A stretch of DNA of 64,000 nucleotides from the human T2T-CHM13v2.0 reference genome, Homo sapiens, in the NCBI RefSeq assembly GCF_009914755.1, contig NC_060944.1. One strand, 5' to 3'. Below are positions 43,247 to 61,925 of this stretch, piece after piece. The position numbers and the translations under genes are program-made. The notes under the pieces are model-generated. The model saw nothing but the letters and a program-made list of their open reading frames with translations. It was not told the origin of the DNA and did no database searches. How positions within the stretch are numbered: the stretch's first letter is position 1; the number at the start of each line of letters is the position of its first letter.

Positions 43247-43670
43247 GGCTGGGTATGGTGGCTCGCGCCTGTAATGCTGGCATTCTGGGAGGCCGAGGCA
43301 GGAGGATCACTTGAGGCCAGGGGTTTCAGACCAGCCCGGGCAACAAAGCAAATCCCTGTCTCTACAAAAAAATAAATTTAAGTTAGCCAAGCGTGGTGGA
43401 GTGCATCTGTAGTCTAAGATACTTGGGAGGTCAACGCAGGAGGATCACCTCAGGCCAGGAGTTCAAGACCAGCCTGGGCAACTCCATCTCTACAAAAAAA
43501 ATTTAAAAATCAGCTGTGCATGGTAGCAGCACATATAGTCTCCGCTACCTGGGAAGCTGAGGCAGAAGGATCTCTTGAACTCAGGAATTCAAGACTACAG
43601 TAAGCTATGATTACACCGCTGCACTCCAATCTAGATGACGGAGCAAGACCCTTTCTCTAAAAATAAAGTA
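43247..43670 (+). mobile_element. Trimeric AluJ-like element
   Basis: Two left-arm-like units plus a right arm. Confidence 0.8.
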
Positions 43671-43903
43671 AGACTAAACAAATCAAAAGAATAAAATACA
43701 CAGGGTTAAGAGTTAAACCCACAGAGTTAAGTAAGCCTTGGAGGACCACAAACCACTGCCGTATCTAAGAATGCTTCTCTCTGTGACCCCCAAGAACTTC
43801 TGGCTGCCTACCCCCCACCCTTGGGAGTGGTACCATCTCCACTGAGAATGCCTGGATTAGCTATTAATCACTGTAGGCAGCCATTTAAACACGACGCCCC
43901 TCA

Positions 43904-45520
<1,617 letters not shown>

Positions 45521-45669
45521 TCAAATATCTATTTATTAAGAAAACAGGCTTCTTTCCTCCTTTTGCTTTCTCGATCTACTATCACATAGGATTTCTCATC
45601 AGTTCTTTATCATCCTTACTGTAATGAATATTTGAAATTATGAATGCCTATCTTCAATAGAAAAATTAA

Positions 45670-45830
45670 CAGCAACACTTCTAACTTATTTAATCTTCCT
45701 AACAGCCCTAGGGAAATATGTATTATTCTACTTTTACAGCAAAGAAAACTAAAAGCACAAAAAGGTTAAATAACTTGCCCAAGGGTGCACAGATAGTAAG
45801 TGGAAGAGATGAAATTTCAAATCTACGCAG
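45670..45830 (-). mobile_element. MIR
   Basis: ttttacagcaaagaaaactaaaagcacaaaaaggttaaataacttgcccaagg. Confidence 0.65.
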
Positions 45831-45999
45831 CCTCCTACATCATGATGTCATAGCTCCTTTCACAATCTCAAGACTACTAAATAGATTCTCATTTCATTCT
45901 CAATCATAAAGACATAAGATGCAGCATTTTAAAATACTGTAGCTTTTAATAAGATAAGAGTCAGGACATAGCAGTCATAAACTAAACAAATGAACTTTG

Positions 46000-46346
<347 letters not shown>

Positions 46347-46498
46347 TCAAGTTACAATGGCACTAAAAGAATAAAAATAACCACTGCAATCAACATGCTA
46401 CATATTTATCCTTAAGCTAGTCCAAGGATCTGGCAGAGTATCTGAACAACAACAACAAAAAAATTAGATAACTACATAATTTAACTAATGCATGGTTA

Positions 46499-46636
<138 letters not shown>

Positions 46637-47122
46637 TTAAAGGAAAAACAAAAATATTTATATAAGAAGGTAGCTGAAGTACCTGAATAAGGCATGCTGA
46701 CTTAAATATTCTTGACATAAACATTTTTGGAAAGCATGAAAAAATTCTTTTATATAACATCGGGTTAGAACAAAACGGCTAGACACACACCAAATGCTGT
46801 TGGAGGTTGTTTGAAGTTTTAGAGTGTTATAACATGATTTTGTTTTGTTTTTTTCTGGGTACAGCAGAGTACACTATTAAACATTCAGTTCTTCGTTTGC
46901 CTTAATCACAAGAAAGATCATTTCATAGACTGAATTGCCCGGGCAGCTTCCGGTTCTCAGTGTCTCTGAGCAGGCAGGATCTGGCAAACTGAAGGTGGAC
47001 ATACATACTGGCGGGAAAAATTATCTTCTTCAGAATAATTTAGAAAAATGAGCCAATTACAAACCGTCAACTTCCCAACCACCAGGGGAAAAATAAGCCG
47101 TTTAAGGTTAGGATTAAACAAC

Positions 47123-47141
47123 TGACCACTAGAGGGCAGCA
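47123..47141 (+). promoter_or_regulatory. CTCF motif (intron 2)
   Basis: TGACCACTAGAGGGCAGCA closely matches the CTCF core consensus. Confidence 0.75.
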
Positions 47142-49109
47142 AGCACAACTTAATCTTCAACAGAAAAGAAAGTCTGGCATTGGGCAAGCACCTAGGAAAG
47201 TCTGTCAAAATTTAGCAAAGTTTTGGAAAGCAGGCTGTATTGTCCACAAACACTCATGTGGGCGAAAGAGATCTGACAAATGAAAACCTGTCCCCAAATG
47301 ACAGTGTTTGGCTTTAGTTTCTGCAGGACAATAGGACAATGTGTCTCACGTGCATCAGGAGAAGTTAGAGTCCACTGGAAGGAGGACAGAACTTCAAACA
47401 CACACCAGCCCTCCAAAAGACAATCAGAGGTGCTGCCGTTAAAATACCACCCCCAAAACACATGAATGTTTAAGTTTTAAATAAATGTCCCCTCACTGTA
47501 GATCATATCACTATCCACCTGTAAGACAGACACCCTTGATGATCTATATAGTGTCTAAAGAAAGAAAAAAAAATTTACTTGATCTTCTTAAGTCTTAAAA
47601 AAGCCAGGATGATAGTACAATATGATAAATCTAGACTACTAAGATAATATAAGTTTAGGAAAATCAATTCCCCAAATACAGAATGGCCAGCTTTTTTTTC
47701 TTACAATCATACCCAAACTAGCTGGGTTTATAACTGGGCGTTGTTGCAATTTCCGACTCCCAACTATGTGTCAGGATTTATGGTATGTTGCGTCATATCC
47801 AAAAAGCTATGAAATGCCTTTTCTTTAGAACAAAGGACATGACATTTCCACATCTACCTGGTTCCTGCTCTTTCAAGCATCACCTCTGACTTTACAGTTA
47901 TATTTTTTAAAGGACTGTGATCTTTTTACAAATAGGCTGTTGAAATTGTCCTTGGGAGGTGGAAGACAGGGGTCAATGAACCATTTTGCAAACAGGGAAA
48001 TAGTAGCAAAGAAAGGTTAAGCAACTCATAATTGGTCACAAAACAACGCAGTGGTAGAACCAGAACTCAACGCCAAGCTGGGGTGCTCCCACCCACAGCC
48101 AGGCATTCTGTCCTGCCTGATGATCTAGCCCATGTTTTCCACACCACCTACCGGTAACTGGCCTTTTCATTTCTTTCAGGGAACTGGGGCATCTCACAGG
48201 GCCCCTGCAACAGTACCGGCACTAGCAGAAACCACTTAGCTAACTGGAGTCTGTGTTTAAAGCCTCTTTTTATGATGCCATTAAGACATTAGATTTGTAG
48301 TATGCTAAGTGCTGGGTTTCCTGTGTCCCAGGAAACTCAAAAACATTCTAAAGATTTGATATACAGACTACAGTTCTCACGTCAATCACATGATCAGAAA
48401 AGGAACTGGCACTGGCTGAAGAGCAGGTGAAGGAAGAGTCCAATCAATCGTGTGGGCAAATTCATCGTGGGTCTCATACACCCAGTTTTCCGAAGAATTC
48501 AAGCACACAATCAAGTGACACTGAGAGGAGGAGGCACTTGTTTTAACCGAGGACCACTTTGACAGATGCTTCCCTAAGACCGATTCATGTTCCCATCATT
48601 CGCTTGTCAATTACGGCCTGCCCATCAGGGTCTTTTCAACTGTTTTAAGCAGCAAGATCCTCTATTCAAACAAAATACTAAACTCTGATAGGAGAAGCTC
48701 TGGCTACAGTGAGGATGGGCGCAACTCCAAACACAGGTGGAATCCTTTGCCCTAGATAACGCCCACCAGGGCTCAGGAATATTATGTGAGCATGCCTTCA
48801 GTGATCACCTTCTCTTTCTATAAATGCCACTAGTACACTGAAAATTCTGCTGAGCAAATGAGCCTTCTTAAAAATGTCTTCAGTGTGCTCACATTCCTTG
48901 TATTTTATGACAAATCATTTGGGTTCCTGAGGTACCTATAAATGGATACTAGCTTGCCAGACAGAAAGGACAAGGTTTTGGACAGCACCAAACGGCTGCC
49001 CAAATAATATTACTGGCTCTAGTTGATCATCACTCCCAGTACCTTTTATGGCCACTAGAAATTCACTACAGAAAAAGATCAGGAACGCCAGAAAAACTTA
49101 AGTGAAGGC

Positions 49110-49325
49110 TAGGGTCTCTCAATGCTCAAACTATTGACATTTGGGACCAGATAATTCTTTGATGATGGGGCTGTCCTGTGCACTGTACCATGCTGAGCAG
49201 TGTCCCTGGCCTCTGCCCACTGGATGCCAGCAGGCACACCCACACACACAGTATGACAACCAAAATGCCTCCAGACATTGCCAGATACTGATTGGGAACA
49301 AAATCGCCCCAGTTAAGAAGCAGTG
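49110..49325 (+). mobile_element. MER20
   Basis: actattgacatttgggaccagataattctttg...ggggctgtcctgtgcactgta...ctccagacattgcca. Confidence 0.85.
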
Positions 49326-49434
49326 CATTTGGGCTGGATGCACAAGTTATTTTTTTTTTAAAGTGTGTTTTGTGAGCAAAACGATACACGTTTAAAAAAT
49401 ATATATATATTTTCAGAACAAGGAGACCTCTTAA

Positions 49435-51013
<1,579 letters not shown>

Positions 51014-51410
51014 TCAAAGTTCCGTTGGGCAATTTCTGGAGTTGGAATAAGGCCACTTGTAAGACTTGTCACTCACCCCTCTAACAGCCCTGGGTTCCAA
51101 AAACCAGAGCAAATATTTATTATAAAAGTTCAAAAGAAAGTGTATAGTCCTCTAACTTCTTCGAACTTTTAGGAAGCTCAGTGATGGTGTCACTGGTTCT
51201 TTCCACAAACAAGGCATACAGGGTTCCCAATGCCTCGATTCAAATATGAATCAGCACAAAGCATTAGTTCTCTTTGTCTCCATTGAATGAGTGTTTCAAT
51301 TGAGCAAGAAGTCAATCCCAGCAACCTGGAGACAAGGGATTTCCAAACCCTAGAGGAAAAAAAACAGAAACGGTTAGCTACACTCAGAGCGAAGAGAAGG
51401 CTGGTGTGGG

Positions 51411-51417
51411 TGAGTCA
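51411..51417. promoter_or_regulatory. AP-1 motif about 60 bp from the exon 2 acceptor
   Basis: TGAGTCA; motif match only. Confidence 0.3.
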
Positions 51418-53459
51418 TACGGTCTTTTCCACGCAGCAGAGAAGGTACCTAATTCAATTGCTTCACTTTTAACTAATATATAGGGCATCCTGTTAAACGT
51501 GCTTGTTAATTAAATCATTGGCATTTTATCCAGTCAGTACACTTATTAAATCAGAATTTCATCCAGTTAAAATCCAGTTTAAATCAGTGCTTTACCGACT
51601 TAAATCTAAAATGTCAAGTTTTAGGTCAGAAATTGTTAAATTCAGCTGAATACATTTTAAATGCCACTAAAATGCACATGTGGATGCCATCAACAGCCTC
51701 CCTAAATCTAAAGACTATAAGAACTGTGAAAATTAAGATGAAAAAATTAAAACACTTTAGTAAACTATTTTAAATCCAGTGTATACAAAACAATTTAAAA
51801 TTTGTTTCATATACAAACAAATCTGCATCCAAGAAATCTAAGTGCCCAAACACCCCCTTAGAGATTTTGCACATACAGAGGTCAACAAAATGAGCACAGA
51901 AATACAGAAACTTTTCCTAAAATCCCCATTCAAGAAATACTTAACACCTCAGAATGGTCACTCATCTTGGCCAGGGGAACCCTGATATATTTTGGTTCAC
52001 TGGATATTCGAAACCTCAATCCACTGTTCAAATCCCAGCTTGCTTTCAACGACTTTCTGCCTTCAACAAGCACTGGGTGGGGCTTCCTAGTCCAAACAAC
52101 AAATAGGGAAAGACATACACAAAGCTCCTTTGTGAATGTATAGATTTAAAATAAAATCCTCAACAGGGCTGTTTCAACATGGCTTAGTCTTTCATCAGAA
52201 AATGGGCCCTCTCATTTTTTTAATCTACCTTTCACATCATGCACTGGCCAGGTGGAAAATTACTTTATTTAGCTCTGCTGCTTCTGGTTTAGAAGCTAAT
52301 TTTCACTCCTGGAGAAGAATTAACTTCTAAAGCCAATACCCTCTGCCTTTATGGCAAACATTGGATAGGCATTGTTTTTAAATAGTCCCAACTACTTAAA
52401 ACTTAAGTCAGTTAATTCCACCCAAGAAAACCAAAAGGCATGCAAACTACTCCCAGCAAAGTAACCTTAAAAAACAAAAGCATACTTTACTTTCCTCCCT
52501 CTCTCTACTTCCTTAAAGAGCAAGGAAGGCCTGCAGGCTCAGAGAAGCCAAGGAAACATCTCCTCCTTTACACTCCGAAATAGAAATTCTCATACTCCTT
52601 GTTATCTTTAGTTTTGAATAAACTAGATCTTTAACATTAAGCTTTTCTAAATAAGACTGCAGATCAAGGATTAGGGTAAAGGAAAGAATGTCCTGAAGTC
52701 TTTTCTTTGTTGCTATCACAATGGAGGATCAACACATGGGCTGGTGACCAGCTTGGTGTGATATAATAGAACACTCCAGAGACCCGAGTTCTAGTCACAA
52801 CCTTCAAGTTGTCACTGCCACATACCACATCTTTCTATTATCTATTTAACGCAGTTGGTTAAACTATAGGATGGCCTTTACAGTTCCAATATTCTGTGGT
52901 TCTGGGGATAGAGCTACACATTGAAAAGAATATTCAATTACTCTGCTAATCAGAATGTGAAGTGACTTAGGTTTCTATACATAGAAGCTTAAGTTTCATT
53001 TGCTTATTCAACAAGTATTTACTGAATGCTAGCGTCCCAGGCAAGGTTTTAACTGAATAACAGCACATACCCTAGAAAAACAGTTATCAAATTCTGACAA
53101 CGCTGTTTTCCCTGGCCAAGAACAAAGACTCATTTATTTGAGGTCCTTCCTACTTTTAGATGCTAAAATACGCTTATTTTTTAAAAAATCAAATAGTGGC
53201 AATAGGCAATAGTGGAGTTTTTTGGTTTTTTTTTTAATGTCCTTATTTAGCAAAATCAAAGTTCAGTGAGAATTTGAAAAAAAAAAAAAAAAAAAAAAAA
53301 CTAAGTTAGTCCCTATGTCAGCTCTCAACATTATTACTGTATTTTAGAAACTTGACTAATACGTGAAACTGTAATTTTGGGGAACTCCACTTCTCTACTG
53401 ACATCCTTTAGAAAAAGAGACACCAGCTCTACAGTCTCGGGATTAGAAATATGATGTGA

Positions 53460-53742
53460 GGACGGGTATAGTGGCTCACACCTATACTCCCAATGCTTTG
53501 GGAAGCCGAAGTGGGTGGATCACATGAGGCCAGGAGTTGGAGACCAGCCTGGCCAACATGGTGAAACCCCTTATCTGCTAAAAATACAAAAATTAGCTGG
53601 GCATGGTAATACACACCTGTAATCCCAGCTATTTGGGAATCACTTGAACCCAGGAGGTGGAGGTTGCAGTGAGCCAAGATCGCACCACTGGTCCAGCCTG
53701 GGCAACAGAGCAAGTCTCCCCTCTCCGCCCAAAAAAATAAGA
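53460..53742 (+). mobile_element. AluS-like (only Alu in intron 1)
   Basis: TSD agaaatatgatg. Confidence 0.92.
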
Positions 53743-54229
53743 AATATGATGGAGTGTTATTTCCCACTCAGGGAAACAGCATAACTTAGTTACTGAAAAT
53801 ATTTATTAATAGAAAGATGTTTTGGTTCCAATTCTCAATTATCTGGGTTAAAGAAGTTACCATCACTCTCCACACAAGACCTTGTAGGATTATTTCACTG
53901 CGGTGAAGGACAATGAAGGAGGTTCAGTGGGAAACGATCTTAGGACAGAGGAAGCTTCCACTTTGCCTGGGAGGGTGAACAGCCTGGGAGACCTGGAGAT
54001 GAGGGCAGGCATTCTAGGCCAAGGGGTCTTCTTGTGTGGTCAGATGGGGAAGGAAACCCTCCTGGCAAAACAGCAGAATTCTTTCTCCAGGAAAGCTTCT
54101 GAGACTGACTCTAATAGTCAATTGTGACCAACTGTCCTAGGCTCCCAGGGCCACAGCAATCCTTAGGCACCCCAAATGTGCCATCCCTGACTACCCAGCA
54201 CACCCTACCCCCCCAAAGTATTGTGACAG

Positions 54230-54420
54230 CTCAAGGATGACTTCCTCTGAAAACCTCTGTCCAGATCTAAAACCATCCTGTTTGTTTGCTTGTAACTGTC
54301 TTTTTCTAAAAGTAACACCTCAGGATGGAGACTGTTGCCTTGTCCACTGCTGCCCCCAATGCCTGGAACAAGGTGCCTGACACAGGATTAGGCACTCGAC
54401 ACATAGCTGGTGAATAAATG
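54230..54420. mobile_element. L2 3' fragment
   Basis: ccccaatgcctggaacaaggtgcctgacacag...taggcactc...tgaataaatg. Confidence 0.6.
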
Positions 54421-56756
54421 TCACGGAATTAGCACACGTGTAGAATCAGTACACACGTTTGGCCACAGTCACTAACCGTAACTGATCAGAAATTAAAATT
54501 AACTTGCATGTTCATCAAAACTTCTACATGGCTATCAGCGACTGCCATCTAATTGCCATTCTGCAACTTCAAGAGTACAATTTCAAGAGCGTAATAAAAA
54601 AAATCGTATTTAATCACACCATAAAGTTGATCAGCACAAGCAAAAAAAAAACTGCACTATTTGGATTTATACTCACTCTCCTTATGACCCTCCAAAACAA
54701 AAATGCTGGGCATCCTAGGGCTATCTCTGACAGCAAATGCCTTCAGCTCTTGACTTAGAAACTGCTAACACACTAGACAAAACACTTCCTTAAACTCTAA
54801 GACAATGAATAATACTTTAAACCAGGTTTACATCCCTTAAAACCAATTTGCTCATCAGTAATCGTTAAAGTGGTTGTAACAATAAAGACGTTAATAACAG
54901 AATACAGCAAAATAGAAATTCTAATCTACTAACAGCAAATCACCGTTCCAATTGAATGGGGTGTGTGCACAAACACAAGCCTTCCCAGAAGCCTCCAGCT
55001 CTCCACACTCCTGCACACAGAAGGCAGCAGTAAACCGATGGCACTGCTGATAAAGTAAATTGTCTTTCTTGACAAAGAACTGGAGGAGAAAAGCAGGATA
55101 TTATAATCCAACACTATAATCTAAATGCTTCTAGCTTGCAAGAAAGTGAGCGTTATGAACACGCTAAGCTTACTGAAAAGTACTTCACAAAAATGTTTTC
55201 CAATGTTTAAAAACATTTTAAAATCTTTACTCAGGTAAACGACAGAACTTAACTCATATACCCCCTAACACCTAAGGCAAGTGGGCTATTGAGTATAGCC
55301 ATATTTTGAAAGAAACTTCTATTGGGATTATTTCAGTAGATACTTTTAAAATTTACCAGAGCGTAATCTTTGAAATCCAGTAGGAACCATATTGCTAGAA
55401 AAGGCTGGAATAGAAGTGTGATGTTCTTTAGGTCACTAATTACACACTGATTTGTGACTAAAGCTACCATGAATTCTACCACTACCTGTAGATCTTGAAA
55501 TCAGCAAATAGGACACATTCTACACTGCTTAATAAAAAGCACAGTAATCTGTGCTTAAGTACAACTAACTAGGTACAACAGCCACTTTGCTGACAATTAC
55601 TGTAACTTGGGAATATTTTTCTTTACATCCTGATGTACTCAAACTGTTAACTTTTAGAAACAGCACAGCCTCTGTTTCTTCTGATTAACAGGTTATCTTA
55701 CATTGTTGATATGGAATATGCATCTACCATAATACAGCTTTGAATAAGGTATTCAAAGTCCTCAAAAACACAGAAAAATTATATTTATACACAATTTGTC
55801 ATACTGCTAACAAAGCTACTTTTTCCCAAGTTACTGAGGTGTCCAAATAAGGAGTTATTAAAAAATTCAACTTAAATTGCTATTCTCTGGCCAATGCATT
55901 TGTACCCTGAAAACTACAAAATTATCTCCAAGACCTGGCTAGAAGTTTACATTTTCTCTGAAAGTTTTTCCTCTGTCTTTTACACACAGTATTTTTTCTT
56001 AATCTGACAAGTGGAGAAAACTCTGCATAGCCATCTACTAACAATCAAAAAGCTACAGGTTTTTTTATTTTTTATTTTTAATGCTCTAAATTCTTCAACA
56101 CTGTTTCAAGGAAATTACTAGGGGTCACACCCATGAGGCTAAATGGTCAACCCAACTTTCCTAATTTAGCTGTGGAAAGATGCTTCCAAGTTAAGCGAAA
56201 GAAAAAGATTGGAATATTCAAAGTTTAAGGTTACAACCTAAACTCTTCAACTTGGGAAGCTTGTAAAGGAAATAATTTCATTTTGCTGAAATTGTTCATA
56301 AATTACCAATTTTAAATAGGATTAGAGACCAAAGTACTATAAAAATATAATCATATAGCATATTTGAGTGTCATTAACTAGAAACTGCCTGAATTCATCT
56401 TAAATCAGTTAAGGTCAGTTAAGGGATCTTAGTAAGAACTTAAAGTATAACATACTAGTTTTAGTTTCAATATTAACAGATACTGTCATCTGCAAAGTGG
56501 TTTTTAAAAACATCCTGATCTGAAAAAAAGTTATAATATAAGGAAAGTGAATTTTTAAAAACTTTAATTAAGCAAGATTAAGCATTGCTATCCGTTTCTC
56601 CTATTACTACTACTTAACCAGTACAACCTTAAATATCTGTAAAAATTTGACAGGCCTAACTGCACCAAAAAAAAAAGATTTCAGCAAATTAATTAACTGT
56701 TAATAAACTGTTCTATCTTTACCTGCACTAACTCTCTGTAATGAAAACACTGAACG

Positions 56757-56780
56757 TGTGTATACACACATCTATCTATC

Positions 56781-56812
<32 letters not shown>
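56757..56812. repeat. (TATC)/(TA)/(CA) compound microsatellite
   Basis: Direct reading. Confidence 0.9.
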
Positions 56813-59800
56813 ACTATGCCCACTACTAGACCACTACACCATACCACTTCTTCCAATGAGCGCTCTCAATTAAACACAATTCAAGTAACCTAGTTAAATA
56901 CAAGCTTAGGCAATGCCTTTTAAGGCATAAGATCGTTCTTCTGCAAGATTTAAATATTCCCCTCCCCATCCTATCTTTTGCTGACTACATACTAAAGTTG
57001 TATATCTGGCTCTTTCCAGTCACCTGTTTGCTTTCAAAATCAAGGGGAAAAGTCTCCTTTCAATTAGTAATACAATCATTGTTCAGTAGATTTATAAACT
57101 GAAGAAAAACTCTATATTGATTACAAAAGAAACAAAAACACTTCAGTATAACTGAGATGCTTTGTTATCCTTATTTGATAGAGGTAGAAGTAAAAGTAAC
57201 TATTACTCCTAACGCTGATTCAAGAAATGTCTAGAGTCTACATTTCCAGTCCACTTAACTACATTTTAAATTCCAAAGGTTTCCAGACACACCAGAAAAT
57301 AATGGAACACCAATACAGAAACACTACACGAGTCTGTTAAAAACCTAGCTTCTGAGTCTGGGGGAGCTTTTCTATAGGAAGTACAGTCATGTGGAGGTCA
57401 GAAACAAGTTTTGTAAAGCTTAATAAGAACAAAGGCTAAGTAAGGAATCCAACTAACTCTCTCATACAACTTCTTCAGCTGTCTTTTCAGGTTTAGTAAT
57501 TTTATTTCTCAACTTTATCATAAAATTACCAAACTGTCCCCAAATTTCCAGTAACTCAATTATGCTGATACCCTGGACAGGAAGTAATGGAGATGTTCAG
57601 AACAGTCAGTCAACAAATGTTCAAATGGAAAGCATTCCAACGTTAAATATAAAAGGGTAATATGTGGCGGCAGCTGGCTAGCGGGGGCTTCCCCCCTATT
57701 TATCTGGAAGATAGATGTGTACAAGAATTGAGCATGTCATCGTGAGCTGCAGATTTTAGGAAAGAATGGTCCCTGTTCTTCCACTTCCTTAAAGTCAGAT
57801 TTCTATCTCTCCTCGTGGTCTAAATTCAAAAACCTTTGCCCCAGATACCACTGCAAATTTGTCTGTTATTACTGGTTGGGGAAAAATAACCCAGTTCACC
57901 TTACTCCAAAAACATGAGCATTTCAGAAAAGTTTTTATACTGCCTCTAAAATGAGGCCATTAAGTGATATTCAATAATCAGGCTTCCTTCACCCGAATTT
58001 AAGAAATTTCCTGCCGTCTTTGTGTAATACATTTTTTTTTTCTTCCATGTGCGTTTAAATTTTAACACCCCTCCCCCCCGCAGAATCTGGAGAAGAGGTG
58101 TGCGGATCAAGACCCCCCCGCCCGCCATTGTCTCAAGTTTAATTTACATGCTGTAACCAAACCCTTCCCTCTTTAGAATATTTAACAAGATTGAGATTCC
58201 TTTAATTCCATGTTGGTAGCTGTTCTGTAAATACCTTTCAGGTTTTTATTTTTTAACATCCCAGTAATCTAAAAACTATTCTGTTTTTAGATTTCAATTG
58301 TAGTAACTGGATTTAAAATCTTATTACATTTATTTTATTAGTGGAATACTCAGTTTATGCAACTGTCTCATGTTTTTCATTCCTACTTTCTAATTCTAAG
58401 GCTTGAAAACAGCCATTGCTCAGTCCTTCAGCTTCACCTTCCCAATTCATTCATTAAACATTCCGCTCAGGGATTAAACTGAAATGGGAAATTAGGAAGG
58501 AACGATTTAAAACAAATCATACCCAGCAACCTCAAAATCTATAACATACAGGCCATATGGGCATACAGGAGATGGGACAATTTGAATTTTTTTTTTAAGC
58601 AAATGGAAACAAAGCTTCATATAAAACATAAAAAGGGTCCAATCATTTACTTTCAAATAGAGTCAGCTAAAAGTAGCTCCTTTTTTAAAGTGGCATCTTT
58701 CAGGCAGTCAAGAGTCATTAAAACTACTCCAAAGTTCTTATCAACCAATATCATGTTTGTGACAACTGTGAGAAAAGAATGTAATTTTATAAAGTGGGAA
58801 AACAGCACATCTTTTGGGACCCCTGAGGCTCTAATCAGGCATCTCAGAATTAAGAGTGCTCCAGGGTTGGGAAATGGCTACCCTGCTGTGGCAAAAACAT
58901 GCCATTTCATAATAAATGTTGTTGAGAGAGAAAAAAGTGATTAGCATGTATCTGCAATGAGGAGATAGAAGGACTTAGTCATTGCCAGGCCATTATATTC
59001 CTTAATTATTTCATCAGTTTATAAGTGACTTGATGATTAAGTCTTATTTTCAGATTTCCTCCAAAACAAGTCCACTGGAAGGGGATTAGGGGCTCCTACT
59101 CCTCCCTGAAGTTTTCCTGCCAAAAATGGAGGCTCACAAAGAAAAATGCAAATCTACCCCCACCTTAAAAAAGTAAAGGCAGTCAAAGTCAAAACCTTCA
59201 CTGCTCCTCCTTCCTCCCCTACTACCTGGAAAAAAATTTTGACCTGTTACCAAAATAGATTCCTCAGGGTAAAGGGGAGAAAAGTTTTCTACAAATTTTT
59301 TCTAAGTGGTGTATTAGTTCCTTTTTTTGAGTAAGAAGTGAAAGGGAATAGGAACCCAACACAACTGCTAAACTTCGATCTCACAAGTTACTAAAAAACA
59401 GCAAAGGTCAAACTGCAAAGCGTTAGAAAAGTGTTGTGAAGACAAAAGGATTAAAAGAGTGGGACACTAAAGAAAAAAGTGTGTGTCCTTCACCAATAAA
59501 AGTCATATCTTGTCCTCTACTTCCTCCTTCTGTAGGCAAATAAAGACAATTCTAAAGGACTAGCTTTCCTCATCACGCCAAATCATTAAAATTCCAAACA
59601 AACAGATTATTAATCCTATTCTAACAATTAAAATAAATGATGAATCTGCCTTGGAACTACTGACAACTGTATTTTAAATAACTTACTGCCTCTTGAATTT
59701 AAATATAACCGATTAAAAATGGCAGCAACATCAGGGTTAAGAAACAAAACGAAACACTATTAGTCTCCAGAACCCTGAACAAAACAATATCTAAAATAAA

Positions 59801-61925
59801 TATGACTTCCCAGAAGGAAAAAAGTTATCTACCATTAAGGACACACCTTAAAAGTTCTTAGCACACATTAAGTAAGCACAAACTAGTGGCTTGCCTGTTA
59901 TATTTTCAGACAAAAAGCAATGAGGTTATTCCTCTGCACTTGTCACTGCAGACACATCAAGGCTTTTAGAAACTACATCTATTACTCATTGTCTAAGTAT
60001 CATAAAACTTAGCATTTTAAGTCTTGTTTGATATCAATCAAGAAAGAACATCCACTTCAGGGGAAAGAAGTACAGTAAAATAAGAACATTGTAAATCTCC
60101 TTCTTGACATATACAAAAGAGAAGGTAAAAGGCCTCCTAAGACCCCTACCTAGTGGCCAGGCCTGGACGGCAGCTGTTGCTACCTCGCCTTTTCTTTTGT
60201 TGAGCTTAATCTCATGTCAAGTCATTCAACCAACTCAAAAGCAATGAAGACATAATTGAATCAACCTGAACTAAATCAGACCTAGGCTTCTTAAAACATA
60301 CAGCTTAATGCTTCCAAACGATCTAGAAAACTGAAAAACCTAGCTACGCTGTAGGACACACAGTGGCCAATAATACAGGACCCCCAAACTGGCCAGTGGA
60401 CCACTGCAACCGCCATTTACTTTCTCCGTGTTTAGGAATGTTCAACGCTCCAAGCCCCATAGACTGATTCAGGAAGATAAACTGAGGCTCAAGGAATTTC
60501 GAGGTAGAACAATACACCAAAGCCTTAAACCTGAAATGACTACCCTTTTCTGGGGGGTGGGGGAAAGAAAAAGAAAAAAAAGTTTCTGGGGCTCTCAGGG
60601 CGGCCCAGATGCCAGGGTCCCAGAAGTGGCCTTTTCTAGCTCCTGTAACTAAACCTGGCGGAAAACTCCCTGCCTGCTCACCCCACCCCCACCCGCCCAA
60701 GAAAGCGCCTTCCCGTCTTCGGTGGCCCTACCCAGAATCCCAAAATGTGGGTTCCAACCCGGGCCCTGAACATCTTCTCAAACTCCCGGGACCCAGGTTC
60801 CGGCGCGCGCCCCGCGTGCCGGGTCTTGCCCCTCGGGCGGGACCGCCCAGGCAGCCCCAAATCCAGCCTCCCGGGCCCCCAGCAGCGCCCTCCGCCTCTC
60901 CACCATCCCGTCCGGCTCGCAGTCGGGGCCAAATCGAGAGACAAGAGGGCTGTGCCTGAAACTGAGCGGTTTCACCACTCGGCACCTCCTGGCAGAAACT
61001 TCCCTTAAAAAAAAAAAAAAAGAAAAGAAAAAAAAAAGCAGCAGCACTTTTGGGCTAGCATTTCAATCCTTCCTGCCCTTTAGAGTTCCCAGTTCTGCTT
61101 CCAGCTGGCTTTGGGTGTTCCACTAGAATTGAGTTGTAAAGATATTCTTTAAGTGTTTATAGAACATTAAGACTTAAAAAAATCTTTAAAATTAGAGGAG
61201 GGAAAAAAAAAGCCACCTTATCGCACACATCCAGGAAACGCAGCCCCGTGCATCCCTGTTCAGGGATGAGCAGGCGCCCCAAGACTCCCGGGGACAGATT
61301 TTTGGGCACCCGAGGGAGTCACGGGGCGCGCGTCGGGGTCCGCGGCGAGGCCCAGCCCCTCCCGCGGTCCCTTAGAGGCGCCCTCCGCCCGGCCCGAGTG
61401 GACCGTCCCGGCCATTGTTTACGGGGGGATGCCCGTCCGGACGCATTGTTTTGGCCGCTTCCAACTTGCCCCGGCCCTTCCCCGGGCATCGCGGGGGGAC
61501 CCTACGCCGACGTTCCCCCTCCGCCCGCGCCCCAAGGGCCAACTGGGCAAATTGGGAGACCCGCCCCGCGGGGCGACCCAACTTTTCGGAACAGCCCCCC
61601 ACCGCCCACCCCCGCAGACCCCCGCTCCCGGCGGAGATTCAGGGAACCCCGCACCCCAAGCCCCTCTGAATCGTGCGGCGTGAGTGTGACGGCCAAGAGC
61701 GGATGCAGCCCGGGATCGCCCGCACCTTCCCGCGGGCGGAAGCGCAGGAGCCGGCTGGGGAGGGGGCGCCCTAGAGGAGCGGATAGAAAGCTGAGACGGG
61801 GAACTGAGGTCATCCTGGGGGGGGACAAGACAACGAGAGCCGGGCGCCTCGGGGGCGGCGCGGGAGCCTCCGCAGGACCGGGCGGGCGCCCCGGCTGGCG
61901 CGGGCGGGGGGCGCGCCCCCTTTAC

